Below, in pieces: positions 48,688 through 56,871 of a stretch of DNA of 64,000 nt; within the stretch, counting starts at the first letter, position 1, and each line of letters begins with the position of its first letter. The translations under genes and the position numbers were made by a program. The notes below the pieces were generated by a model. The model did not search any database. It was given only the letters and a program-made list of their open reading frames with translations, and was not told the DNA's origin. This stretch comes from Chloroflexota bacterium (GTDB lineage: Bacteria > Chloroflexota > Anaerolineae > Anaerolineales > Villigracilaceae): contig JACPVF010000015.1 in the NCBI GenBank assembly GCA_016191845.1, positions 343,258 through 407,257 of the forward strand. Reading direction: 5' to 3'.

Positions 48688-50091
48688 TCAGCGAATGTAC
48701 TTTGATAACCAGGACTCGAGGGAACCCAGTGAAGGCGGGGCGCCGGTGTGTTCGTGGGTAAAGATTCCTCTGGTGAAGGTATGGACGTATGGACAGCTTT
48801 CCGGCGAGCCGCCTGCAAGGGAGGTGCTGCGATACACATCGCCCGTCAATAGATTCCGCACCTCGACCAGCCAGTTGGTGGCGATGCGCTTGATGTAATA
48901 CCCGCCATTGTATGGGCAGGTTTGGACGGTCTGCTGCTGTGGGGTGATACAGGCAACATAATACGAGGTGGCCGGAGTGCGGGCCCATACCGAACTCGAT
49001 GGCGATAGGCTGACCCCGTACAAGAGGGCGCGCTTCGTCCCAGAGTCGAGTCCCAGGATGGGCACGGAAGGCTTGGCGGCGGACCTGTTCTGACAGACTG
49101 ACCGCGCCGCAGAGTCCATCAGTGTCTTGGCCTGTGCGCCGCTGGATTTAGAGTACAGGTTCAGGGTACTGTCGTTGGCGGTCCTGATCTGATCCCGCAC
49201 GGCATTGGTGGAGGCCGCCTTTCCGGCCAGGGACAGCTTATCAAGCGCACCTTCGAAGTCGCTGTCACTGCTGAGGGAATTGGCCCACTGGATGTAGGCC
49301 TGTGCCAACTCGTTGGAAAACTTGGAGGAGTTGACCGGGCCGAGGAATTTAATGACCAGGTTCAAGTGGTCGACGGCTTCATCGTACCGTTTCGATCCCA
49401 GCAATTGTCTGGCCCAATTGAGGTGCAAATCCACATAGGCCTGCTTCGCCTGTTCCGTGGGACTGCCCGCCGCGCTGGGATTTGGGTCTGTGCTGATCGC
49501 CAGGTTATATTTAGCCTCTGCCAAGGAGTAGTTGTTGCTGGCTTCCAGGGATTTGGCCCAGGCGATGTACAACTCTGCCAGCGTTTGGTTGACTTTTTGA
49601 CTTGCTGTCGTGTTGGCATAAGAGGACTTGATCTTCAACAGGCTCTTCTCCGCCCCTGCGAAGTCTTTCTTTGACTGTTGTTCTTTTGACCATTGCAAAA
49701 GTGAATCTGCTGCGGATTGTCGCGCTCCCTCTCTTTGAACGCCTTTCGGGTAAGCCTTTAAATAGGTTTCGAAGTCCGTCACTGCCTGCGACCACTGTTT
49801 TTTCTTGTAGCTATCGCTGGCCTGGACGTACAGCCTGCACTCCTTTGCCTGGGCTGGAACACTCTGCGTAAAGGGAGCGATCTGTTGTGGGAAGAAACGG
49901 GTGATCTGGTCGGCTATGGGGAGCAGGGTGGCGCAATCCCCTTGCGCGTAGAGGCTGCCCACTGAGCGAGTCATCACATACCCGCCAACGTAATATGCGC
50001 CGACACACAAGAAGAGACAGGCGAAAATTACCACGGGCGCCAATACACAACCCCAAACCTTGTTCCCCTTCGGTTTCGTCGTTGTCGTCAT
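48688..50091 (-). CDS. N-terminally anchored membrane protein with TPR-like helical repeats and a Cys-containing C-terminal domain
   Basis: It has the TM VWGCVLAPVVIFACLFLCVGAYYVGGYV. Repeated A-x-x-Y/W-x-x-A/L helical pairs follow (AELYIAWAKSLEASNNYSLAEAKYNLAI..., AQAYIQWANSL...). RBS GGGAGGG lies upstream. GC was about 50% in one 100-nt hand count. Confidence 0.7.
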   Translation of the reverse strand: MTTTTKPKGNKVWGCVLAPVVIFACLFLCVGAYYVGGYVMTRSVGSLYAQGDCATLLPIADQITRFFPQQIAPFTQSVPAQAKECRLYVQASDSYKKKQWSQAVTDFETYLKAYPKGVQREGARQSAADSLLQWSKEQQSKKDFAGAEKSLLKIKSSYANTTASQKVNQTLAELYIAWAKSLEASNNYSLAEAKYNLAISTDPNPSAAGSPTEQAKQAYVDLHLNWARQLLGSKRYDEAVDHLNLVIKFLGPVNSSKFSNELAQAYIQWANSLSSDSDFEGALDKLSLAGKAASTNAVRDQIRTANDSTLNLYSKSSGAQAKTLMDSAARSVCQNRSAAKPSVPILGLDSGTKRALLYGVSLSPSSSVWARTPATSYYVACITPQQQTVQTCPYNGGYYIKRIATNWLVEVRNLLTGDVYRSTSLAGGSPESCPYVHTFTRGIFTHEHTGAPPSLGSLESWLSKYIR

Positions 50092-50173
50092 GTCATCCCT
50101 CCCAGGATTCTTAAAAAATGAAATGCCGTGTTTATCGTAGCACGAAATAAAGCCTATGACCTTAGAAATCCGC

Positions 50174-50206
50174 TCAAAAGAACGGGACGGCTCATCGCCG
50201 TCCCGT
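50174..50206 (-). terminator. Rho-independent terminator of the second MacAB-like operon
   Basis: ACGGGACGGC-TCATC-GCCGTCCCGT. On the minus strand it is followed by TTCTTTTG. Confidence 0.65.
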
Positions 50207-50216
50207 CAAATTCAGA

Positions 50217-52604
50217 TTATTCATACGCGAGGGTGTCGCGCACGGTCAGCCGCGAGGCCCTTCGGGCGGGCCAGGCGCTGGCGATGGCGGCCAGGGCTAG
50301 GGTGAAGGTAAGCCAGGCAAAGATGCCGCTCAGGCCGTATACAGCCTGCATAGGCGAGGTCAGCAGGGCCATCCCCACTCCATAGCACAGGATGTTCGTG
50401 ATCGGCAGGGATAACACGATGCTAACGGCCCAACTGATCAGGCCGACCACCATGCCTTCCACGATGACGATGCTTTGGATGTCACCGTTCGAGGCGCCGA
50501 TGGCACGCATCACACCGATCTCGCGCGTGCGCTCGAGCACGTTGATGCTCATGGTGCCCATCAGGCCGAGTCCGCCCACGACGGCGATCATGGTGGCCAT
50601 GGCCAGCATGAAATAGACCAGGATGTCGGTCTGTGCCTTCTGGTCGCGGATGAAGTCCGCGCCGAGTTGGGCCGACCCAAATTGGATGCCGTTGGCCTCA
50701 TATAACTTCTGGATCTGGTCACGGACGTTCTTCTGCGTGACAGCGTCGTGGCCGGTGGTCAACACGCGCAGCGAGTAGACCTGGCCCGGGCGGCCGACCA
50801 GCTTGCTCAGATACTCGTAGTTGACGTAGAGTAGCGGCGGGCTGACGTTCCCTGTGATGGTGTACGTGCCCACGATTTGCCATTGGGTCTTCCTGCCGTC
50901 GATATCAATGGTCAGCCAGTCGCCAACCTTCAGGTCGGGGAAGACGTTGAGCAGGTGGTTGCCGATGACGATGGCATTCTCGTCGCCTGTTTCCAGCCAG
51001 CGGCCCGAGGTGATGACGGGGTCGATCAGGGTCGAGGTCGAGGGCGGGGCCATGAACATGATCTGCGTGCCCGCCGTCTCCTCGTCGCGGATCAACGTGC
51101 CCGGGTATTCGGTCCAGCCTTCTACGCTTTGGACCCCTGGGACCTTCTCTGCGATGGAGGCCACTTCCTCGTAGCGGTAGTAGCGCCCGAACGAGATGTT
51201 GACGTCAGCCAGGAAGTAACCCTGGATATCCTTGATAGTCTGGTCGAAGGAGGCCCACAGGTTGTACACGCCGATGAAGATCGCGCCAGCCAGCACCAGC
51301 GTGACGAGGGTCAGGCTGAGGCGCAGTTTGCGGCGGAAGGCATTTCGCAGCGAGAGGCGCATCGGGCGAGAGATCCACAGGGCGGCGCGGCTGACGGCCT
51401 TATCCTTGGGCTTGGCATTCCCGCCGATGCCATAGTCGCTGACGGCTTCGCGCACGGTCACGCGCACGCTGTTATAGATCGGCCAGATCGCTGCCAGGAG
51501 CGGCACCAGCATCGACACGATGGCCTGCTGGATGATGGCCGACGGGTAGCCCGGGTAGGGCATGGGCGCGAAGTTCAAGTAGGTGGCCATGCCGCCGCCA
51601 AAGGATTCCGCCGCCGAGTTGGCCAGCGGGATGGCGATCAGGAAAGCAGCCAGGCCGAAGCCCAGGATCAGCACCACATACATGCCGAAGATCTGACCCG
51701 TCCCGCCGCCGACGGCTTTCATGATTCCGATCTGGCGGGTCTGTTGAGTCATGAGGGCGGTGACGGTGTTGATGATCAGGAAGCCGCTCAGGAATACGAT
51801 CATGTAACCCAGCACGTTGAGCACGAAGAAGATGCCTTGCGTGATGTTCCAGGCAAAGTGATGACCAGGCTGATAAACAGACACGTAATACACTTCCGCG
51901 CCCGCGCGTTTGAGACGGTCGGACACGGCCTGCGCCACTTCGGTAACGTGCTTGGCATCGGTCTGATTCTCAGCCACGCTGATGGACAGCCCGCTATAGT
52001 CGGACGAGCCGCCCAGCCATTCCATGGTCTTGGGCGTGACGAAGGCATACATGGTCTGCGTGAAGCTGAACGGGAAGCCCGTCACCGCGTGCATGTAGCC
52101 CGCCAGCTTCAACTGGCGCTGTTTGCCGTTGCTCAGTTCAACGGTGATGATGTCGCCGACTTTGTAACCCGCAGGAATGGCCGAGGCGTCCACGAGGATC
52201 TCATGCTCACCCAATGGCGGCAGGGAGGTCTCGCCGGTGACAGGCTTGACTCGGTTCAATGTCAACTGACTGGGGTTATCCGTGGCGATGAATTGGATCT
52301 GGATGGGTTGCTCGTCGCTGCGCACCAGCTTGGCGCCGCTCATCGACAGGCCTTCCACGGCGTCCACGCCCGGGACTTCGCGCGCCAGCTTGACCATGTC
52401 GTCGTTCAACGGGTACGCGTAGACCTCCGCTTCCGACGGGCTGGCCGACTGGTAGTCGCTGTCCATGCTTTCGAGCATGTAAGCACTCAGGTTGTTGTTG
52501 AACCCGATCGCAAAGGTACCGACCATGATGGTCAGGACGGTGAGGATGGTGCGCGACTTGTTGCCCCAAAAGTCAGCCCACACCTTCTTCCAGCGGCTGC
52601 TCAT
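50217..52604 (-). CDS. Double-FtsX ABC transporter permease (two MacB-like halves fused)
   Basis: 795 aa. It has two copies of the TM + periplasmic domain + 3-TM FtsX pattern (QTRQIGIMKAVGG... and ERTREIGVMRAIGA...). Confidence 0.88.
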   Translation of the reverse strand: MSSRWKKVWADFWGNKSRTILTVLTIMVGTFAIGFNNNLSAYMLESMDSDYQSASPSEAEVYAYPLNDDMVKLAREVPGVDAVEGLSMSGAKLVRSDEQPIQIQFIATDNPSQLTLNRVKPVTGETSLPPLGEHEILVDASAIPAGYKVGDIITVELSNGKQRQLKLAGYMHAVTGFPFSFTQTMYAFVTPKTMEWLGGSSDYSGLSISVAENQTDAKHVTEVAQAVSDRLKRAGAEVYYVSVYQPGHHFAWNITQGIFFVLNVLGYMIVFLSGFLIINTVTALMTQQTRQIGIMKAVGGGTGQIFGMYVVLILGFGLAAFLIAIPLANSAAESFGGGMATYLNFAPMPYPGYPSAIIQQAIVSMLVPLLAAIWPIYNSVRVTVREAVSDYGIGGNAKPKDKAVSRAALWISRPMRLSLRNAFRRKLRLSLTLVTLVLAGAIFIGVYNLWASFDQTIKDIQGYFLADVNISFGRYYRYEEVASIAEKVPGVQSVEGWTEYPGTLIRDEETAGTQIMFMAPPSTSTLIDPVITSGRWLETGDENAIVIGNHLLNVFPDLKVGDWLTIDIDGRKTQWQIVGTYTITGNVSPPLLYVNYEYLSKLVGRPGQVYSLRVLTTGHDAVTQKNVRDQIQKLYEANGIQFGSAQLGADFIRDQKAQTDILVYFMLAMATMIAVVGGLGLMGTMSINVLERTREIGVMRAIGASNGDIQSIVIVEGMVVGLISWAVSIVLSLPITNILCYGVGMALLTSPMQAVYGLSGIFAWLTFTLALAAIASAWPARRASRLTVRDTLAYE

Positions 52605-53728
52605 GACGTGCCTCGCTTTTGGGCGTTGACCAGTTCATTCTTCGCGGCGATCTGTTGAAGTGCTTCGCGCGTGACTTCGGACTGGTCCAGCAATTCTGTG
52701 AGCTGATCGTAGCTGAGGGCCAGCACTTCGACGGTGCTGTGTTCCGAGGCGCGGATCGAGGCCCGACGGCGGCGGTCATGGAAGTAGGCCATCTCGCCGA
52801 AGAACTTGCCCGGACCCAACTGCAGGGCGATGACGTCCGACTGACCCGGGCGCGGCAGGACCACATCCACGGTGCCCCTGGAGACGATGTAGAACGTGTC
52901 GGCGCTGGAGCCTTCAGTGAAGATCATGGTGCCCGCTTCGAAGGTCTGTTCCTTCGCATTGCGCGTGGCCCATAGCATCTGGTCCTGGGTAAGGGTGGGC
53001 ATGGCCCTGGCCACATACTCGTTGACGATCTCGCCGTCGGCGATGAGTGCGGTGCGATGGGTGCGCTTGGCCAGTCCGCTGTCGTGCGTGACGATGATGA
53101 TGGTCTTGCCCTTGGCAACCAGGTCGTTGAACAGGGCAAAGACCGACTCAGCGGTCTTCGAGTCGAGGTTGCCCGTCGGCTCGTCTGCGATGATGACGGG
53201 CGGATCGTTGGCCAGCGCGCGCGCAATGGCGATACGTTGCTGCTGTCCGCCGGAGAGGGCGGTGGGCAACTTGTAGGCATGATCGGCAAGCTCCACCATT
53301 TCGAGCAATTCCAGGGCGCGTTTCTCGCGCTGACGCATGGGATAGGTGCGGCAGAAGTCCATCGGCAGCATGATGTTTTCAATGACCGAAATGGTCGGCA
53401 GCAGTTGGAAGAACTGGAACACGATCCCCAGGTTCTTGCCGCGCCAGCGCGCCATTTTATTCTCGCCCATGGTGTGGACGCCTGTTCCGTTGACGAAGAC
53501 CTCGCCCGAGGTCGGGCGGTCGATGCCCGTGATCATGTTGAGCAGGGTCGATTTGCCGCTGCCCGACTTGCCGATGATGCTGACGAACTCGCCTGCCTCG
53601 ATCTCTAGGTCGATGCTGTTCAAGGCATGGTAATCGCCGATGGCAGTTTTGTAATATTTGTGCACATCGCGCAGGTGGATCATGGCGTGGTCGCCGTTAT
53701 CGTTCTTGGGTTTGCTAAAAAGGGACAT
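52601..53728 (-). CDS. MacB/LolD-type ABC ATPase fused to a C-terminal cyclic-nucleotide-binding-like domain
   Basis: It has [28 protein letters not shown] and VTHD. About 130 aa follow: FEAGTMIFTEGSSADTFYIVSRGTVDV...LGPGKFFGEMAYFHDRRRRASIRAS (the cNMP beta-barrel/PBC pattern). The start MSLFSKPK is at 53728. The ORF-track extension to 54076 reads through the repeat and into the upstream gene. Confidence 0.85.
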   Translation of the reverse strand: MSLFSKPKNDNGDHAMIHLRDVHKYYKTAIGDYHALNSIDLEIEAGEFVSIIGKSGSGKSTLLNMITGIDRPTSGEVFVNGTGVHTMGENKMARWRGKNLGIVFQFFQLLPTISVIENIMLPMDFCRTYPMRQREKRALELLEMVELADHAYKLPTALSGGQQQRIAIARALANDPPVIIADEPTGNLDSKTAESVFALFNDLVAKGKTIIIVTHDSGLAKRTHRTALIADGEIVNEYVARAMPTLTQDQMLWATRNAKEQTFEAGTMIFTEGSSADTFYIVSRGTVDVVLPRPGQSDVIALQLGPGKFFGEMAYFHDRRRRASIRASEHSTVEVLALSYDQLTELLDQSEVTREALQQIAAKNELVNAQKRGTS

Positions 53729-53740
53729 AAGGACCTCGAT

Positions 53741-53830
53741 TCGCGCTGAGCGGAGGCTGAACGGAGTGAAGCTGTAGTCGAAGCGTGTTCTAGTAAACTC
53801 TCGCTTCGACTGCGCTCTCCGCTCAGCGCG
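53741..53830. repeat. Dispersed palindromic intergenic repeat, copy D (complete hairpin element, intra-operon gap)
   Basis: TCGCGCTGAGCGGAG[GCTGAACGGAGTGAAGCT]GTAGTCGAAGCG, then loop TGTTCTAGTAAACTCT, then CGCTTCGACTGCGCTCTCCGCTCAGCGCG. Confidence 0.85.
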
Positions 53831-53835
53831 TATAC

Positions 53836-54852
53836 TTACTTCTCGAACTTGACGGTGGCGGTCATGCCCCAGCGCATGGCGGGATTCTTGTCCGTGAGCA
53901 ACACAGTGACTTCGTACACGATGTCGCCCTGATTCTGGCCATAGTTCTGGCTGATGGACAGGATATTGCCCTTCAGTTCCTGCCCGGGCAGCGCGTCCAG
54001 CGTGACGGTGACGGGCTGGCCTTCCTTGAGGGAGACCACATCGATCTCGGTCAGGTCGGTGGTCTTGACCACCCAACCCGTCAGGTCGGCGATGGTGACC
54101 ACGGGCTGTCCCGCCGAGGCGAACTCGCCCACTTTTAACTTCAGGCTGGTGATCACGCCCGGGAACGGGGCGCGGACCTCAGCGTTGGCCAGGGCAGCGC
54201 GCACCCCCGCAGTGTCTTCGGTGAAGCTCGGGTTGTTGAGGATGTCGTAATCCTTCTGGGCCTGGGTGAGCTGCGACTGGGCATTGTCCACAGAAGTCTG
54301 GAGTTCCATCCACTGGATGGCCTTGCGATACTTCGACCAGGCATCGTCGAGCTTGCGGCGTTGTTCGCGGCCGTTGTTGGGAGCCAGGTACTTGTACGGC
54401 TCGTAGTCAGCACGGGCCTCGTTGAGTTTCTTCAGCGTGGATTCCACCGCCTGCGACGGGGTCATGCCCTTGAAGTCGTTTGGAACGTCGAAGTTGTCCA
54501 GCTTGTACTGCGCATCGCGGACGGCCTGGTAGGCGGCCGTTAAATTGGTGGATGCATCCGCCTGGGCCGATTCGAGGGTCTTGGCCTCGGGGCTTTCCAG
54601 CCGCGCGATGACCTGTCCCGCCTCGACAGCCTCGCCTTCGGCAACCAACACTTCGCTGACCAGACCGCTGGCATTCAGCGCCAGTTCGGTGTAGCGGATG
54701 GGTTCCAGCCGCCCCTCGCTGATGATGGTCGGATCGGCCAGCACGGTGGGGATGGGCGTTTCGGTGGGGGCAGCAGTGGGAGCAAGCTGGCCGCAGGCGG
54801 TCAGCACGACGCTCAAGATGACAAATGCGATCAGGAACTTGGTGGTTTTCAT
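53836..54852 (-). CDS. HlyD/MacA-type periplasmic adaptor lipoprotein
   Basis: The ATG at 54852 follows AAGGAAG and gives MKTTKFLIAFVILSVVLTACG (lipobox). It has adaptor-type coiled-coil and beta-barrel segments (RAPFPGVITSLKLKVGEF). Confidence 0.85.
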   Translation of the reverse strand: MKTTKFLIAFVILSVVLTACGQLAPTAAPTETPIPTVLADPTIISEGRLEPIRYTELALNASGLVSEVLVAEGEAVEAGQVIARLESPEAKTLESAQADASTNLTAAYQAVRDAQYKLDNFDVPNDFKGMTPSQAVESTLKKLNEARADYEPYKYLAPNNGREQRRKLDDAWSKYRKAIQWMELQTSVDNAQSQLTQAQKDYDILNNPSFTEDTAGVRAALANAEVRAPFPGVITSLKLKVGEFASAGQPVVTIADLTGWVVKTTDLTEIDVVSLKEGQPVTVTLDALPGQELKGNILSISQNYGQNQGDIVYEVTVLLTDKNPAMRWGMTATVKFEK

Positions 54853-55043
54853 GGGAAAGGCTTCCTTTTTTGATTTCATGATAATGATAGGCCAAATGAC
54901 GATGAAAGCAAATACCCGTCCGACGGGTTTCGTCCTGGCCGAGTGGACAGGTGAACACACCATGAAAACTTACGTTTTTGTTGGGCTTTGGTTGCAGAAA
55001 AAAACCGACCCATACAGGTCGGCTTGGTTGTGTCGTGGATAAG

Positions 55044-55703
55044 CTAGTGCCCGTCCCGATTCCCGAAAGACCAGCTCAGGTCGGTGTACATCGTCTCACT
55101 GGCGTAGGCGCGGTCGGTGACGGGGTTGAGGCGCGCGGCCATCTGCGGAGTAATCAGGGGGATGGGCTTCCAACTGTAAAACTTCTTATACAACTTTACG
55201 CTGCTTTCCTCATTCCAGGCCCAGTCGGCGGGCTGAAATTTCGACACGTCGAACGGACGCGTGTATCCGCGCAAGGTCTTGCTCTGGTGGATGGAGCAAT
55301 AATGCTCGAAGTAAGTCATCACCAGTTCGCGGAAGTTTTTGTGGACCGCTTCGCGGAAACCGAGGTTGACGTAGTTCGACTTGGCGATGGCACCCCAGCG
55401 GCCGTCGAGTTGATACAGCGCGAGGACGTGGTCGTCGTCCTCACCGGGATCAGCCCGAATGTCGAGGATTAGCGGACGGAATCCGATCCGCCACAGGGCT
55501 AGCGCGGCAAACAATCCGCCATCCAGACAGTGACTCTGGAAGTCGTGCATTACGTTGAGCGGAGATCGGTCCCGCTCCTCGGCGCGGTAGGGCATCGAGT
55601 CGAGATATTGCTGGATGAGGAAGGGGGAGGTCAGGGAGCGGAAAGTGGAAAGCAGGTCAGGAGAAAGATGAGATTCGAATTCGGTCAGAATGGACATAGA
55701 CAC
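55044..55703 (-). CDS. Transglutaminase-like cysteine-protease-fold protein
   Basis: SHCLDGGLFAALALWRIGF (Cys motif) and DDHVLALY..DGRWGAI (His, Asp) are ordered as in the transglutaminase core. Confidence 0.6.
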   Translation of the reverse strand: MSMSILTEFESHLSPDLLSTFRSLTSPFLIQQYLDSMPYRAEERDRSPLNVMHDFQSHCLDGGLFAALALWRIGFRPLILDIRADPGEDDDHVLALYQLDGRWGAIAKSNYVNLGFREAVHKNFRELVMTYFEHYCSIHQSKTLRGYTRPFDVSKFQPADWAWNEESSVKLYKKFYSWKPIPLITPQMAARLNPVTDRAYASETMYTDLSWSFGNRDGH

Positions 55704-55824
55704 CTCGCACCGATTAAATCATAATTTTGCAGGAATGGGCGGTGCTATACTAGCGCCAGTTCCATACAGCTTGATTGCCTGCTGTGCGTATAAAAATGAG
55801 ATCATCCTGAATATGGGAGAAACC

Positions 55825-56280
55825 ATGGCGTTTCATAGATGGCTGTATCACGATGGACATCCCAACCTGTTGGCGAAAATCCTGAATAGCGGTTGGGCCT
55901 TTTTGCACTCATTGGGCATTGCGCCCAACTACATGGTCACGCTCGAGGTCGTGGGCAGGCAGTCTGGAAAGGTGATCAGCTTCCCACTGGCAATGGCGGT
56001 CGTGAGCGGAGAACGCTACCTGGTGTCGATGCTGGGCGAGGATGCCAATTGGGTTCGGAACGTCCATGCGGCGGGGGGCAAGGCGCAACTGCGGCACGGA
56101 CGGACCGAGCGGGTGATTCTGCGCGAGGTGGAGGTCGATCAGCGCGCGCCGATCCTGAAGGAATATTTGCGCCGCGCACCCGGGGCACGTCCGCATATTT
56201 CCATTGCGTTGGATGCTCCGCTTTCGGAATATGAAAAGATCTCTGCGCAATTCCCTGTCTTTCGCGTGGAGAACGCCTAG
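55825..56280 (+). CDS. Deazaflavin (F420)-dependent nitroreductase-family protein (DUF385)
   Basis: It has VTLEVVGRQSGKVISFPL...YLVSMLGEDANWVRNVHAAGGKAQL...REV. The ATG at 55825 follows GGGAGA. Confidence 0.75.
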   Translation: MAFHRWLYHDGHPNLLAKILNSGWAFLHSLGIAPNYMVTLEVVGRQSGKVISFPLAMAVVSGERYLVSMLGEDANWVRNVHAAGGKAQLRHGRTERVILREVEVDQRAPILKEYLRRAPGARPHISIALDAPLSEYEKISAQFPVFRVENA

Positions 56281-56823
56281 ATGAACATCAAACTTCTCAT
56301 CGCCCTGTTGCCCGTCGTCTTCATGCTGCACGACTTCGAAGAGATCCTCATGTTCGAGTCCTGGCTGAAGAAGAATCGAGAGGAGATCAGACGCAGGTTT
56401 CCCTCCCTAGATAAAATCCTGGGCCGCAGCCATGACCGTTTGTCCACGCCTGGGTTTGCAGTGGCGGTGCTGCACGAGTTTTTGATCATTGCAGTGATCA
56501 CCTATCTCTCGCTGTATTTCGACTCATATGCCTGGTGGTTTGGAGCATTTGCCGCCTTTTCCCTGCATTTGTTCGTCCACATCGGTCAGTGGATCATCTT
56601 TCGCAAATACGTGCCGTTCATCGTGACCTCGATCCTGGCGCTGCCATATTGCGGCTATACCTTCGTCGAATTCCTGGAGGTGACCGACCTGTCCGCTGCC
56701 CAGATGGCTTTCTGGGCAGGCCTCGGGGTGGCGCTGACCGTGGTCAGCTTTTTCCCTGCGTTCTATCTGGCGGGTTGCTTCGAGGATTGGAAGAATCAAA
56801 AATACTTGCAGATCGAAAAATAG
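56281..56823 (+). CDS. HXXEE-domain membrane protein
   Basis: It has an N-terminal VVFMLHDFEEILMFESW (HxxEE motif) and several TM helices. Confidence 0.8.
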   Translation: MNIKLLIALLPVVFMLHDFEEILMFESWLKKNREEIRRRFPSLDKILGRSHDRLSTPGFAVAVLHEFLIIAVITYLSLYFDSYAWWFGAFAAFSLHLFVHIGQWIIFRKYVPFIVTSILALPYCGYTFVEFLEVTDLSAAQMAFWAGLGVALTVVSFFPAFYLAGCFEDWKNQKYLQIEK

Positions 56824-56838
56824 ATCTCCATTCCAAAA

Positions 56839-56867
56839 AACAGGTCACGCCTCAAGCGTGACCTGTT
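56839..56867. terminator. Bidirectional terminator between the HXXEE gene and zwf
   Basis: AACAGGTCACGC-CTCAA-GCGTGACCTGTT is flanked by AAAAAA (5') and CGTTTTA (3'). Confidence 0.75.
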
Positions 56868-56871
56868 CGTT

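Noticed and set aside
53729-54076. The N-terminal extensions offered by the ORF track for the ABC ATPase (to 54076), arcA (to 46056), the YdjC gene (to 17416), the GPH symporter (to 16470), macA-like genes (388, 54963) and the NuoEF gene (38007).
   Set aside because: The extensions translate intergenic repeat elements or the 3' end of the upstream gene, and they lack SD sequences. Internal ATGs with good SD sequences give canonical family N-termini (signal/lipobox, [13 protein letters not shown], and so on).
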